Notes: generated by a model not told the origin, from the sequence alone. A stretch of DNA of 64,000 nt from an uncultured Chloroflexia bacterium (GCA_963748625.1 CAVVJT010000007.1:1152001-1216000), one strand, 5' to 3'; positions 1-9,820 are shown, counted from the first letter of the stretch. Program-made: numbers and translations.

Positions 1-126
1 CCATCCCCCTCGGCCCTTCGTGGTAGTGCCTGTGATGGCGCGTGGCGCGCCGACACGATAGCCCAAACGGCTGCGCACCCAGACGCTCGGGCCGCCCGGG
101 ATGTTGCGTCCGTCCATCGCTCTACC

Positions 127-158
127 ACTTGCGCAACAACGCAAGTACGAGGTAGGCT
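127..158 (+). promoter_or_regulatory. Putative sigma70-type promoter with inverted-repeat operator over the -35
   Basis: TTGCGC(129-134)-18 nt-TAGGCT(153-158); perfect inverted repeat ACTTGCG-N6-CGCAAGT at 127-146. Confidence 0.5.
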
Positions 159-221
159 GCCTGCCATGACAACCAATCTCGACCTCGATCGCGCGCGACC
201 CGACGCACAGGCGGTGCAGGC

Positions 222-740
222 ATGAAGGCCTGTCTTGCAGCGATGGCCGATCGGCGGCTGCTTGCCTGGGCCGTCCTGCTGACCGTGGTGTCGGGTCTGG
301 CGTTCGGGCTCGTGAGCGCCATCATCCCCAACCCGGTCTTCGGTCGTTCGGTCGCGCCGGAGCCCTTTGCCTACTGGGTCTGGCTGCTCTCGGCGCCGCT
401 GATGGGCCTGGTGATGGCCACCTACATCGTTCCGGCAGGGTCCGCACCGACCACCGCGGCTATGCCCCTGGTCATCGCGCTTCCTACCGGTGACGTCGAC
501 GCTGCCACCCTCGACCGACGGTCGACGCGCCTGGGCGGCATGGCGGGCTTCGCCGCCTTCCTCGCCATCGGGTGTCCGGTGTGCAACAAGGTCGCGCTGG
601 TGCTGCTTGGCGCGTCGGGCGCGATGTCGATCTGGGCGCCGCTGCAGCCGATCATCGGCGCGGCATCACTGGGCCTGCTGATGGTGACGGCGGTCTGGCG
701 GATGCGGCTGCGCGCGAACGGAGGCGCCTGCCCGGTCTGA
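222..740 (+). CDS. Integral membrane protein (about 4 TM) with CPVC motif; possible metal/thiol-binding protein
   Basis: Hydrophobic 172-aa ORF, AIGCPVCNK motif, C-terminal GACPV; true start may be ATG166 via a frameshift or coupled leader. Confidence 0.7.
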   Translation: MKACLAAMADRRLLAWAVLLTVVSGLAFGLVSAIIPNPVFGRSVAPEPFAYWVWLLSAPLMGLVMATYIVPAGSAPTTAAMPLVIALPTGDVDAATLDRRSTRLGGMAGFAAFLAIGCPVCNKVALVLLGASGAMSIWAPLQPIIGAASLGLLMVTAVWRMRLRANGGACPV

Positions 741-772
741 CGCGGCGCGTGGGACGGGGCGGACGCGCGTGG

Positions 773-3121
773 TCAGGCCGCCCGGGCCACGATCTCGGCC
801 GCCGCGGGGTGCTCGTCGCCGAGCGCCAGGTAGAGCTCCTCCTCCTGGGCCATGTGCAGGCGCAGGATGGCATCGAGGCCGTAGAGGACGCGCCGGAGGT
901 CGGTCAGGTCCTCCACGCCGGGACCCTCCTCGGGGATCTCCTTGACCAGCCGGTCAACGAACCGGATCAGGTGGAAGATCTCGGTGTGGGTGCGGTGGAG
1001 TGCAGCGGTGACGTCGTCGTTGCCCACGACGTGGCTCAGGTACGGGTAGACCTCGCGGTCCTCCTGCTCCTCGTGCGGGATGAGGACCTCGAGCAGGAAG
1101 GTGCGCGTCTTCTCCAGCTCGACCTTCGCGTCCGCGGGCGGGATCGTGCCCAGCCGGTCGGCCAGCGGACGGATGCGCGCGATGGACGGGGCGAGGTCGC
1201 GGTGCTCCTCGCGCAGGCGCGCGGACAGCTCGGTCCAGCCGGGCACCTTCACCTGCTTCTCGAGACCGCCGCCCAGCGCCCGCAGCGCGTTGAGGATGAC
1301 GATGACGTCGATCACCTCCTGGATGATCGCGCCGTAGACGGGCGGCAGGACCCCCGTTGTCGCGACCAGCATCGCCACGATCGACAGGCCCATGCCGACG
1401 ATGACGCTCTGGAGCGCGATCGTCCGTGAACGCCGGGCGATGCGGATGGCCTCCGGCAGCCGGTCGAGGCGGTCCACGGTGATCACGATGTCCGCGGCCT
1501 CGGAGCTCGCGGTCGCGCCGCGGGCACCCATGGCCACGCCGACGTCGGCTGTCGCCAGGGCGGGGGCGTCGTTGATGCCGTCGCCAACCATGACCAGCGT
1601 GCCCTCGGCCTCGGCCTTCTCCTCGGCCACCGCATCGACCTTGTCCGCGGGCGTGCGCTCGGCCAGGACCGCATCCACGCCGATGGCGGCGGCCACCATG
1701 TCCGCCACGCCGTAGTGATCGCCGGTGACCATGACGATGCGCCGGATCCCTGCCCGGCGTAGCGCGCGGATCACGCGCGGCGTCTCGGGGCGGATCGGGT
1801 CGTCGAGGACCAGGGCGCCCACGAGCACGCCATCCGCTCCGACGTAGACGCCGGTCGCCCCCTCGAGATTGACCCGGCGCCGCACATCACGGGCCCACGG
1901 CGGCAGGCCGGCGCCGCCGGTTGCGAAGTCGACCGTGCCCACCAGCACCGCACGCCCGTCCACACGGCCGGTGATGCCCGCGCCCGGGACCTCCTCCGCA
2001 CCATCGGGGAGTGCCAGGGCCACGGAGCGCTCACGGGCACCGCTGACGATGGAGGCGGCGAGGACGTGCGGTGAGACCTGCTCCAGGGATGCGGCGAGGC
2101 GCAGGACCTCCTCGGCCGTGCTGTCGGGTGCCGCGACCACGTCGGCCAGGTGCGGGCGACCGGCGGTGAGCGTGCCGGTCTTGTCGAACAGGAGCACCCG
2201 GGCGCGGGCGATGGCCTCGAGCGCGCCCCCACCCTTGACGATGATCCCGCGCTTCGCCGAGCGGCTGATGCCCGCCACGATCGCGATCGGCGCAGCGAGG
2301 AGCAGGGGACACGGCGTCGCCACCACGAGCACGGACAGGGCGCGCACGGGATCCCCGGACACGATCCAGGCGAAGCCCGCGATGCCGAGCGCGAGCGGCA
2401 CGAAGAGAAGGGCATACCGGTCGGCGAGGCGGACGAACGGCGCCTTCGAGGACTGGGCCTCCTCGACCAGGCGCACGATGCCGGCATAGGTCGAGTGCTC
2501 CGCGGTGGCCGTCGCAACCAGGTCGAAGGGCGGGCCGGCGTTCACGGTGCCGGAGTTGACGGGGTCGCCGGCCTCGCGGGTCATCAGGCGTGACTCGCCG
2601 GTCAGGGCTGACTCGTCGAGGGTGGACGGGGTCCCCACCAGGGAGCCGTCCACGGGCACCACCTCGCCCGGCTTGACAAGGATCCGGTCGCCAACGGCCA
2701 CCTCGCCCACGGGCCGGTCCACGATGCCACCGTCCTCGTGGCGGTGCACGACCCGCGGCGCGCGCGAGATCAGGGCCGAGAGCTCGCGATGCGCGCGCCC
2801 CTCGGCGTACCGCTCGAGCCAGTCACCCGTGGCGAGCATCACCGCGATCACCGCTGCGGTGAGCGCCTCACCCAGGGCGAGCGCACCGCCGATCGCCAGC
2901 ACCGCGATCACGTCCACGCCGGCCTCCTTCTTGAGGAGGTCCGCGATGATGTTGCCCAGGAGCCACACGCCCACGATCGCCGCTGGGATCGTCCACACCC
3001 AGTACGCCAGCGCGTCCTGGCCGGCGGCCATGGCGATCAGGCCCAGCACGAGCCCAGCCAGGGTCAGCGGGAGGAGGACGCGCTCGGCGAGCGCATTGAG
3101 CGGGGCGAGGATGGTGCGCAT
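773..3121 (-). CDS. Heavy-metal P1B-5-type ATPase with C-terminal hemerythrin domain
   Basis: TGES, TPCP, DKTGTLT, GDGINDAP and QEVID motifs; C-terminal H / HxxxE / H / HxxxE (EEH, PHEEQE, RTH, LHMAQEE). Confidence 0.93.
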   Translation of the reverse strand: MRTILAPLNALAERVLLPLTLAGLVLGLIAMAAGQDALAYWVWTIPAAIVGVWLLGNIIADLLKKEAGVDVIAVLAIGGALALGEALTAAVIAVMLATGDWLERYAEGRAHRELSALISRAPRVVHRHEDGGIVDRPVGEVAVGDRILVKPGEVVPVDGSLVGTPSTLDESALTGESRLMTREAGDPVNSGTVNAGPPFDLVATATAEHSTYAGIVRLVEEAQSSKAPFVRLADRYALLFVPLALGIAGFAWIVSGDPVRALSVLVVATPCPLLLAAPIAIVAGISRSAKRGIIVKGGGALEAIARARVLLFDKTGTLTAGRPHLADVVAAPDSTAEEVLRLAASLEQVSPHVLAASIVSGARERSVALALPDGAEEVPGAGITGRVDGRAVLVGTVDFATGGAGLPPWARDVRRRVNLEGATGVYVGADGVLVGALVLDDPIRPETPRVIRALRRAGIRRIVMVTGDHYGVADMVAAAIGVDAVLAERTPADKVDAVAEEKAEAEGTLVMVGDGINDAPALATADVGVAMGARGATASSEAADIVITVDRLDRLPEAIRIARRSRTIALQSVIVGMGLSIVAMLVATTGVLPPVYGAIIQEVIDVIVILNALRALGGGLEKQVKVPGWTELSARLREEHRDLAPSIARIRPLADRLGTIPPADAKVELEKTRTFLLEVLIPHEEQEDREVYPYLSHVVGNDDVTAALHRTHTEIFHLIRFVDRLVKEIPEEGPGVEDLTDLRRVLYGLDAILRLHMAQEEELYLALGDEHPAAAEIVARAA

Positions 3122-3239
3122 CCCCCGATGCTACGGGTGGTGGTGGCTCGTGCGCGCGGGTCCTCTGGACCGGTTGGCGAGGCGTTCGGGCCTCAGGTCT
3201 CGGGCATCTCGCACCCCAGCTCGGGGGCCGCCTCGGATC

Positions 3240-3923
3240 TCAGGCCGGGGGCGCCGCGCGCCGCCGGCGAGGTTCCGGTGCGCCGAGCAGGTCGTCCGCC
3301 CACGCCCCGACGTCGCTCCACACCCGGTCCACGCCTGCCTCGTGGAACCTGGCCGCCTCCATCGTCCCGCTCACGGCCGCGAACCGCGCCCCGGCTGCCA
3401 CCGCCATCTCCATGTCGACGAGCGTGTCGCCCACGTACACGGTGTCCCGCGCCGCGACGCCCAGCTCGTCCAGCGCCCGCAGAAGGCCTTCCGGATGCGG
3501 CTTGGAATGCTCGACCGTGTCCGCGAAGAACGCCGTCTCAAACACGTCGTGCATGTTCAGCCTTGAAAGGTTCGGCTCCACGACCCCACGCGTGGACGCG
3601 GTGACCAGCCCGATCCGGACGCCGTTGCGGCGCAGGCGGCGGAGCGCCCCGCGGGCCCATGGCATCGCCCGCGGCCGCATGCGCGACATCTCCAGCGCCC
3701 ATCGGCCCGCCATCTCGTCCCAGAGGTGCTCGGGGATGCCCAGGTCGCGGTAGCCCTTGCGCCAGTCCGGCGTGTACTGCTCACGAAACCACTCCGGGCT
3801 CATGGTGATGCCGTAGTGCGAGAGGGCGGCGACGTTGGCGCGGTAGATCATCGCCATCGTGTCGACCAGGGTGCCGTCCCAGTCGAAGACGGCGGCGGCG
3901 GGGAGGGATCGGTCGTGAGGCAC
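3240..3923 (-). CDS. HAD-superfamily hydrolase (Gph/PGPase-like)
   Basis: FDWDGTLVD, VTAS, KPHP, VGDT motifs; GTG start 6 nt after a TACGAT -10. Confidence 0.9.
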   Translation of the reverse strand: MPHDRSLPAAAVFDWDGTLVDTMAMIYRANVAALSHYGITMSPEWFREQYTPDWRKGYRDLGIPEHLWDEMAGRWALEMSRMRPRAMPWARGALRRLRRNGVRIGLVTASTRGVVEPNLSRLNMHDVFETAFFADTVEHSKPHPEGLLRALDELGVAARDTVYVGDTLVDMEMAVAAGARFAAVSGTMEAARFHEAGVDRVWSDVGAWADDLLGAPEPRRRRAAPPA

Positions 3924-3936
3924 GGGTGGATCGTAC

Positions 3937-4590
3937 CTAGCCCAGGATCCCGAAGCCGATCGCGAGCACACCGAACCCGCCGATCAACACCGCCGACACG
4001 ATGTTGAGGCCGCGCACGATGCGGGGCGTCAGCCGTGCCCGGAGGCCTGCGACCAGCCCCGTCAGCAGCGCCCACCACGCGATCGACCCGGTGAACACGC
4101 CAGCCACCACGGCGAGCGCGCCGCCCGCGCCGCCCGTCCCGGCCCCGATGCTCGCGAACAGGGCGGCGAACGAGAGGATCGTGGCTGGATTGGTGAGGGT
4201 GAGGGCGTACATCGATGCGAAGCCGCCCGCAGGGCTTCCGACCTTCGAGCCTGCCGGGCTGCCGGTGGCCGCGTCGATGCTGGACTCAGCTCCGGATCCG
4301 CCCCGAAGGGCGTCGCGCAGGGAGCGCACCGCGAGGAACACGAGGATCGCGCCGCCCGCGATGCCCAGCGGCCGGTCGATCCCAACGAGAAGCCCGATGA
4401 CCGCTGTGAGGCCGAAGGCCGCGATCGCGCCGTAGGTGGCGTCGGCCGCGGCGACGCCGGTCCCTGAGACAAAGCCGTAGAACCAGCCCCGGTCGATGGT
4501 CCGCCGGATGACGATGAGCCCGATGGGCCCCAGGGCGAACGCGATCGCGAAGCCGATGACGAGGCCGCGCAGGAAGAGCTCGGCGGTCAC
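3937..4590 (-). CDS. LysE/RhtB-family exporter
   Basis: GFAIAFALGPIG N-terminus, LTLTNP motif, about 6 TM. Confidence 0.88.
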   Translation of the reverse strand: MTAELFLRGLVIGFAIAFALGPIGLIVIRRTIDRGWFYGFVSGTGVAAADATYGAIAAFGLTAVIGLLVGIDRPLGIAGGAILVFLAVRSLRDALRGGSGAESSIDAATGSPAGSKVGSPAGGFASMYALTLTNPATILSFAALFASIGAGTGGAGGALAVVAGVFTGSIAWWALLTGLVAGLRARLTPRIVRGLNIVSAVLIGGFGVLAIGFGILG

Positions 4591-4626
4591 GACCGCATCA
4601 GGCGGTCCACGAGGCGTCCGGTCGCG

Positions 4627-6495
4627 TCAGGGGATGACGTACGGGGATCGCGGAGCGCTGGCCTTGCCGATCAGCACGACGCCGTCAACCGCCTTGTAGC
4701 GGGTGAAGTACGTCTTCTCGCGCAGGAGCTTGCCGCGCTCGTAGACCCGGATCGTGCGCCACACGTCGAGCCCGTTGACGGGGTACTCGACGCGCATGCT
4801 GGCACCGGGCTTGAGGCTGCTCGTGTAGTCGACCGTGTCGCCCGCCTGCGTCCGGTTGCGGATGGTGGGGGCACTGATCTGGACTGTTCGGCCGTTCGGC
4901 ACGCTATAGAGCTGGAAGGTCACGTAGCCGAGGCTTCCCTTCCGGGTGTTGATGCCGCGGATGAGGACCGGGTACTTCGTGTCGTTCGTCCAGGTCATGT
5001 CCTGGACCGACCCTCCCCCGGACTTGAACACGGTTGCGTCGAGGCCCACCGGGTAGCGGTCGATGTAGTAGTAGTGGTTGCGTCGTGCGCCCATCTTGTA
5101 GCCCGCCCGCAGCGCCGCGTTGAACAGCGTGGTGGAGCAGGAGCAGATGCCGCCGCCGATCGCGCCGAGCGGGTCGCTACGGCCGTTGATGATCGCGTTG
5201 CCGGCCTTGAACCCACGCTCATAGGAGACCTCGCCGACGGCGCCCCAGAAGCTGAACTTCTCACCCGGGGCGACGACATAGCCGTTGATGAGCTTGGCCG
5301 GGACCCAGATGTTGGCGCCGTAGCCGTTCTTGACGTAGATGTGGAACATGGTGGTCCACTTGCCACTCTTGAGCGCACGCATCTTGGGCGCCCAGGCCTC
5401 GGCCTGCTCGGTGGTGATCTTCGGGTCGGTCGCCTTGATCGCCAGGGCGAGCTCGGCCGTGCTGCTGATGCCCGACTGGCGCGCCATGAGCTCGTCCAGG
5501 ACGACCTGGCGCGTGCGCCCGACATCGAGCTTGCGGCCATCGCGCGCCTTGGAGGTCACGACGACGCGACTGCCCTGGAGCGTGAGGCCGGCGTCGGCGG
5601 CTGTCTGGTTGACCGCCTTCGCGATGGGCTTCATGAGCGGGTCGATGCCGTCCTCGTCCACCACCGGCACCACGCCGTCGCCCGTGGGCATGAACGTGAT
5701 GAGTCTCCGGATCTTCTCGCCGGGGATGGTGTAGGTCTTCTCACCGCGGGTGAGCACCAGGTCCGCGCTCATGCGGTCGGCGGTGGCGACCACCTCCTCG
5801 ACGTCCGCGGTCTCGATCGTCGGCGTTGTGGTCGCGAACGGGATGTCGAACTCGAGCTCAGCGGGGGCCTCGAGCCTGGCCACCTCGGCATCGATGGCCG
5901 CCAGCAGGGCGGCGGTGTCGACCACGCGTCCCTCGACCGACGGCGTCGTCTTGTAGCTCCCGTCCTTCTTGATCGCCAGGGTCGCGTTGACCGCCGGCCG
6001 TTCCACGGTCCTGGCCGCAGCCGCGACCGCGGCTTCGAGCGAGGTGGAGACGTAGGTGACGGCGGGACCGACGGAGACGCCGCGGATGACGGTCTGGGGG
6101 ACGCCGATCAGGTCGGCGACGGGGTGGCCCTTGCGCCCGGCGGCCAGGGCGGCGGCCAGCACCGCGTCCGTGTCGACGCGGCGGCCGATCTCTGCGTAAC
6201 CCACGACCAGGGGACCGTCGGGGCCGGTGAGCGTGATGGAGCCGGAGCCGAAACCGGCATAGGCCGCCTCGATCGCCTGCCTCGCCTGGTCCGGCGTGAG
6301 GCCGGAGAGATCCGTGTCGTCCACCTTCACGCCGGGAAGGATGCGGCCGTCGTACTGCTGCCCGTAGGCATACAGGCCGGCACTGCCGACACCGACCACG
6401 AGCACGATGCCCACCAGGAACGCGATGGCGAACTTGAGGGCGAGACGCGAGCCCCTGTGGGAGGACGAGGGCGAGGGGACGTTTTCGGTGGTCAT
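4627..6495 (-). CDS. Membrane-anchored VanW-domain protein with putative peptidoglycan-binding region and G5-like tail
   Basis: N-terminal TM, ILPGVKVDDTDLSGL, PGEKFSF, GGGICSCSTTLFNAAL, RRNH, GLDATV. Confidence 0.85.
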   Translation of the reverse strand: MTTENVPSPSSSHRGSRLALKFAIAFLVGIVLVVGVGSAGLYAYGQQYDGRILPGVKVDDTDLSGLTPDQARQAIEAAYAGFGSGSITLTGPDGPLVVGYAEIGRRVDTDAVLAAALAAGRKGHPVADLIGVPQTVIRGVSVGPAVTYVSTSLEAAVAAAARTVERPAVNATLAIKKDGSYKTTPSVEGRVVDTAALLAAIDAEVARLEAPAELEFDIPFATTTPTIETADVEEVVATADRMSADLVLTRGEKTYTIPGEKIRRLITFMPTGDGVVPVVDEDGIDPLMKPIAKAVNQTAADAGLTLQGSRVVVTSKARDGRKLDVGRTRQVVLDELMARQSGISSTAELALAIKATDPKITTEQAEAWAPKMRALKSGKWTTMFHIYVKNGYGANIWVPAKLINGYVVAPGEKFSFWGAVGEVSYERGFKAGNAIINGRSDPLGAIGGGICSCSTTLFNAALRAGYKMGARRNHYYYIDRYPVGLDATVFKSGGGSVQDMTWTNDTKYPVLIRGINTRKGSLGYVTFQLYSVPNGRTVQISAPTIRNRTQAGDTVDYTSSLKPGASMRVEYPVNGLDVWRTIRVYERGKLLREKTYFTRYKAVDGVVLIGKASAPRSPYVIP

Positions 6496-6553
6496 TGTGA
6501 CGAAATCTCGGGTGCGACGGGCCGGGATCGTAACAGGACAGCCCGATCAGGGC

Positions 6554-6577
6554 CAGAGGGCCCCGGGGGGCCCTCTG
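6554..6577 (-). terminator. GC-rich hairpin downstream of jag
   Basis: CAGAGGGCCC-CGGG-GGGCCCTCTG 10-bp stem, about 25 nt after the jag stop; no clear U tract. Confidence 0.5.
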
Positions 6578-6601
6578 CTGTGACGCCCGGCGGAGGGGAC
6601 G

Positions 6602-7633
6602 CTATTGGTTGCGGGGCAGCAGCACCACGCGCCGGTTCGGCTCCTCGCCGATGGACTGTGTGGCGACACCGGGGTTGTCGCGGAGGGCGAGGTGGATCCA
6701 GCGGCGCTCGAGGGCCGGCATCGGCTCGAGCTGGAGCATCTTGCCCGTCTCGACGACGCGGTCGCCCGCGCGGGTTGCGAGGTCCACGAGCTGGCGCTCG
6801 CGGCGGCCACGGTAGTCCTCGACGTCCACCAGGACCCGGGTCCACTGGCCGGTGTGGCGCGACAGCATCAGGTTCACGAGGTGCTGGAGCGCCGACAGCC
6901 GCTCGCCCTTGCGCCCGATGAGGGCACCGAGGGCCTCGCGGTCCGCGCCCTCGCCAACGACGTTGAGGCGGCTTGTCTCGCCCTCGCGGATCTCGACGAG
7001 CACACCCTCGAACCCGAGGTGGCCCATCAGGGTCTCAAGGATCTCCTTGCCCGCGGCGAGTGCCTCGGGTGTCGCCTCGGCGGCCTCGAGCTCGGCGCGC
7101 TCCATGGCGAGTGAGCCGCGAGCCGTCGCGACGGCGGCGACTTCGGCAGCGGAGAGTTCCGAGCCGCCGGGCGCCGGGCGGGCGCCGGGGCGGGCGCGGT
7201 CATCACGGCGCGGGGGCCGGTCATCGCCGCGCGGGGGGCGGTCATCACGGCGCGGGGGGCGGTCATCACGCGCGGGCCGGTCGCCGTAGCCCCCACGGTC
7301 GTCCCGGCGCGGGGGGCGGTCGCCGTAGCCACCCTGGCCGCGGTCACCGCCACGATCCCGGTCGCCGTACTCGCGTCGCGGCCGGTCCTCGCGCGGAGGC
7401 GGGGCGGGCAGTGGCTTCGACTCGGCGGCCTCACGCTTGGGTGCGGCACCGCCGAGGGCGCTGCGGGGTGCAGCCACGATCCGCGCGGGCTCGGCGCCCA
7501 TGCCCAGGACGCCGCGGCTGCCTGGGGTGAGGATCTCGAAATCGAGGTCGGCAAGGCCGACGGAGAAGCTGTCGCAGGCGACCTTGATGGCCTCTTCGAC
7601 GGACTTCCCGGTGAATTCCTGGTATTCGCTCAT
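6602..7633 (-). CDS. jag: RNA-binding protein Jag/KhpB/EloR (Jag_N, KH, R3H)
   Basis: EFTGKSVEEAI Jag_N; LIGRKGERLSALQ KH; ERRWIH R3H; canonical position after yidC. Confidence 0.95.
   Translation of the reverse strand: MSEYQEFTGKSVEEAIKVACDSFSVGLADLDFEILTPGSRGVLGMGAEPARIVAAPRSALGGAAPKREAAESKPLPAPPPREDRPRREYGDRDRGGDRGQGGYGDRPPRRDDRGGYGDRPARDDRPPRRDDRPPRGDDRPPRRDDRARPGARPAPGGSELSAAEVAAVATARGSLAMERAELEAAEATPEALAAGKEILETLMGHLGFEGVLVEIREGETSRLNVVGEGADREALGALIGRKGERLSALQHLVNLMLSRHTGQWTRVLVDVEDYRGRRERQLVDLATRAGDRVVETGKMLQLEPMPALERRWIHLALRDNPGVATQSIGEEPNRRVVLLPRNQ
7197..7330. repeat. Imperfect 21-bp tandem repeat encoding PPRRDDR/GGYGDR linker in Jag
   Basis: Units like CGGTCATCACGGCGCGGGGGG starting at 7197, 7218, 7239, 7260. 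Confidence 0.8.
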
Positions 7634-7634
7634 G

Positions 7635-8819
7635 TCAGCGGCGTCTCCCTCGTCGGGCGTTCTGCTTGCTTCGATTGGGTCTGATGGTCCCCTGGGCCGA
7701 GAGGTCCCGGTCGAGGGCTGCTGAGCGCTCCGCCGCGCTCTTGGCATCGCTGGAGTCCGTGAACTTGGGCTCCGGCATGGTGACGTGGTAGCGCGGCCGG
7801 TACTCCGCCGCGCGCCTGGGGTACCAGCCGAACAGCGGGAAGGTCCCGCCGAAGCCCACCACCAGGAACTGCTGGAAGACCTGGATCACGGACGAGAAGA
7901 TCCAGTAGAGGAAGAGGCCGGCCGGCAGCATGCCGCCGTAGATCAGCGAGATGAAGGGCAGGAAGTAGGCCATCTGCCGCTGCACCTTGACGTTGGGGTC
8001 ATCCGCGGTGCGGGGATCAAGCGGCGCGAGCGCCTGGCGCGAAGCGACCAGCTGCACGAGCGCCGACATGATCGCGAGGATGCTGATCCCGAACCCGAGG
8101 ATCGAGAGGCCCGTGGTCTGCGGCTCCGGGATGCTCCAGTTGATGCCGAAGGCCCACGGGTCGAGGCATGGGTTGATCACGTGTCCGGCGGCGTTGTAGA
8201 TGGGCGCCGCATCGCACGTGATGCCGAAGATCTCGGCGAAGTTGATGCCGAAGACCTGCAGCATCGGCGTGATGTCGTAGTTGCTCAGGCCCTGGCTGAT
8301 GACCGAGTACATCGGGATCAGGAGGCCCATCGTGAGCAGGGCGGGGAGGCAGCCGCCGGCCTGGTTGATGCCGCGCTGCTTGTAGAACTCCGACACCGCC
8401 TGCTGCGACTTGACCCGGTCGCCCTTGTACTTGGCCTGGATGGCCTTCACCTCGGGCAGGAGCAGCTGCGTCCTGCGCGTGGACACCAGCTGCTTGGTCG
8501 TGATGGGCGTGGTCAGCAGCTTGATGACGACGGTCAGCAGGATGATCGCGATCGCGATGTTCCCGGTCAACGTGTCGAAGCCCACCAGGACGATGAACAG
8601 CGTCTGGAAGACCGGCGTGAACAGCCACGCGATCGTGTCGATCGGGTTGGCGCCTGGGGTCGCCGGGGCCAGCGGCAGCTGCGGGGTGGGGGTGGGCGCC
8701 GGTGGCTGCGTGGCGCCGGGCGCGAGGGCCTGGCCGCAGGCCGAGACGACCAGCGCGATCACCAGCACGAACAGCAGGGGCGCCAGCCGGACCAGGGTTT
8801 CCTTGAGGCGGGTCGTCAC
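7635..8819 (-). CDS. yidC: Membrane protein insertase YidC/Oxa1 (lipoprotein-type N-terminus)
   Basis: AIILLTVVIKLL, PEVKAIQAKYK, GGCLP, PAGLFLYW; LVVSAC lipobox-like; synteny. Confidence 0.95.
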   Translation of the reverse strand: MTTRLKETLVRLAPLLFVLVIALVVSACGQALAPGATQPPAPTPTPQLPLAPATPGANPIDTIAWLFTPVFQTLFIVLVGFDTLTGNIAIAIILLTVVIKLLTTPITTKQLVSTRRTQLLLPEVKAIQAKYKGDRVKSQQAVSEFYKQRGINQAGGCLPALLTMGLLIPMYSVISQGLSNYDITPMLQVFGINFAEIFGITCDAAPIYNAAGHVINPCLDPWAFGINWSIPEPQTTGLSILGFGISILAIMSALVQLVASRQALAPLDPRTADDPNVKVQRQMAYFLPFISLIYGGMLPAGLFLYWIFSSVIQVFQQFLVVGFGGTFPLFGWYPRRAAEYRPRYHVTMPEPKFTDSSDAKSAAERSAALDRDLSAQGTIRPNRSKQNARRGRRR

Positions 8820-8836
8820 GCGCGTCTTCTATCCAT

Positions 8837-9055
8837 TCACGGAACCGGGTCGTAGCCGCCCGGGTTCCAGGGGTGGCACCGGCCGATGCGCTTGGCTCCC
8901 ATCCAGCTGCCGCGCAACAGGCCGTATTTCTGGATCGCCTGCTCGGTGTAGCGGCTGCACGACGGCTCGAAGCGGCACGATGACGGGACGAACGCGAACA
9001 CGAGGCGGTAGAGGCGGATGAGCCTCACCCCGATCCAGACGCCGATCCCCTTCAC
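8837..9055 (-). CDS. yidD: Membrane protein insertion efficiency factor YidD
   Basis: [10 protein letters not shown]...[14 protein letters not shown]. Confidence 0.96.
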   Translation of the reverse strand: MKGIGVWIGVRLIRLYRLVFAFVPSSCRFEPSCSRYTEQAIQKYGLLRGSWMGAKRIGRCHPWNPGGYDPVP

Positions 9056-9426
9056 GTTTCGCTCGAGCCTCCGAGCACACCTCCCGAACGGAGGATCCGT
9101 CGGATTGCGCCAGCCAGTGCGTCCTGGTCGGCTTCGACAAGCGCCGGCCGGGCGATGATGAGGACGTCCCAGCCTGGCTGGAACGAGGGCGCCATCACCC
9201 TGAGCACCTCACGGATCCGGCGCCGGGCTCGGTTCCGGACCACGGCTCCTCCGAGCCGCTTGCCGGTCGCCAGCCCGAACCGGGTCTGGTCAAGGTCTGT
9301 CCGGACGAAACGTCCGACCAGCAGGGGGTGGCTTCTCGCGATGCCGCCCTCCGCCAGCCTGGCGAAATCGCCTGGGCGGGAGAGCATGACGAGCCGCAGC
9401 GGGTTGTGACTGCGCTCGCCGGTCAG
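9052..9426 (-). CDS. rnpA: Ribonuclease P protein component; start uncertain (ATG 9387 or CTG 9426)
   Basis: [24 protein letters not shown] motif; between rpmH and yidD. Confidence 0.92.
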   Translation of the reverse strand: MTGERSHNPLRLVMLSRPGDFARLAEGGIARSHPLLVGRFVRTDLDQTRFGLATGKRLGGAVVRNRARRRIREVLRVMAPSFQPGWDVLIIARPALVEADQDALAGAIRRILRSGGVLGGSSET

Positions 9427-9560
9427 ATGGTCAGCTTCTGCCGGCCCTTGATGCGGCGCGCTGCGAGAATGCGGCGACCGCCCGTGGTCTTCATACGGGC
9501 GCGAAACCCGTGTTCCTTCGCGCGGTGGCGCTTCTTGGGCTGAAACGTCGGCTTGCCCAT
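9423..9560 (-). CDS. rpmH: 50S ribosomal protein L34 (45 aa, not in the ORF track)
   Basis: Translated by hand: [45 protein letters not shown]. Confidence 0.97.
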   Translation of the reverse strand: MGKPTFQPKKRHRAKEHGFRARMKTTGGRRILAARRIKGRQKLTI

Positions 9561-9672
9561 CGGGACTGTCCGTGATCCTCTCCATCAGCCTTGGGACCCG
9601 GGAACTCCGACCCCTAGAGGCACGCAACGCGCCGGGCGCCCGAGAGCGCGACGGCGCGTGTTCGTCGGCCGG

Positions 9673-9702
9673 ATCATATGGCCGCCTTCACAGGGGTGTC
9701 AA
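9673..9702 (-). promoter_or_regulatory. Sigma70-type promoter of the rpmH operon
   Basis: Minus strand TTGACA-18 nt-TATGAT. Confidence 0.75.
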
Positions 9703-9820
9703 ACCTCGCGCGCGAGGGCACGTGCGCCGCCTGTCAGGCTGCGGCGCTCCAGCGCTGGGCGCCGCACCCGCCAGAGAGGCTTGGGCCACCCCGCGGGACG
9801 CTGTCCCTGGCTCCTTCGTA

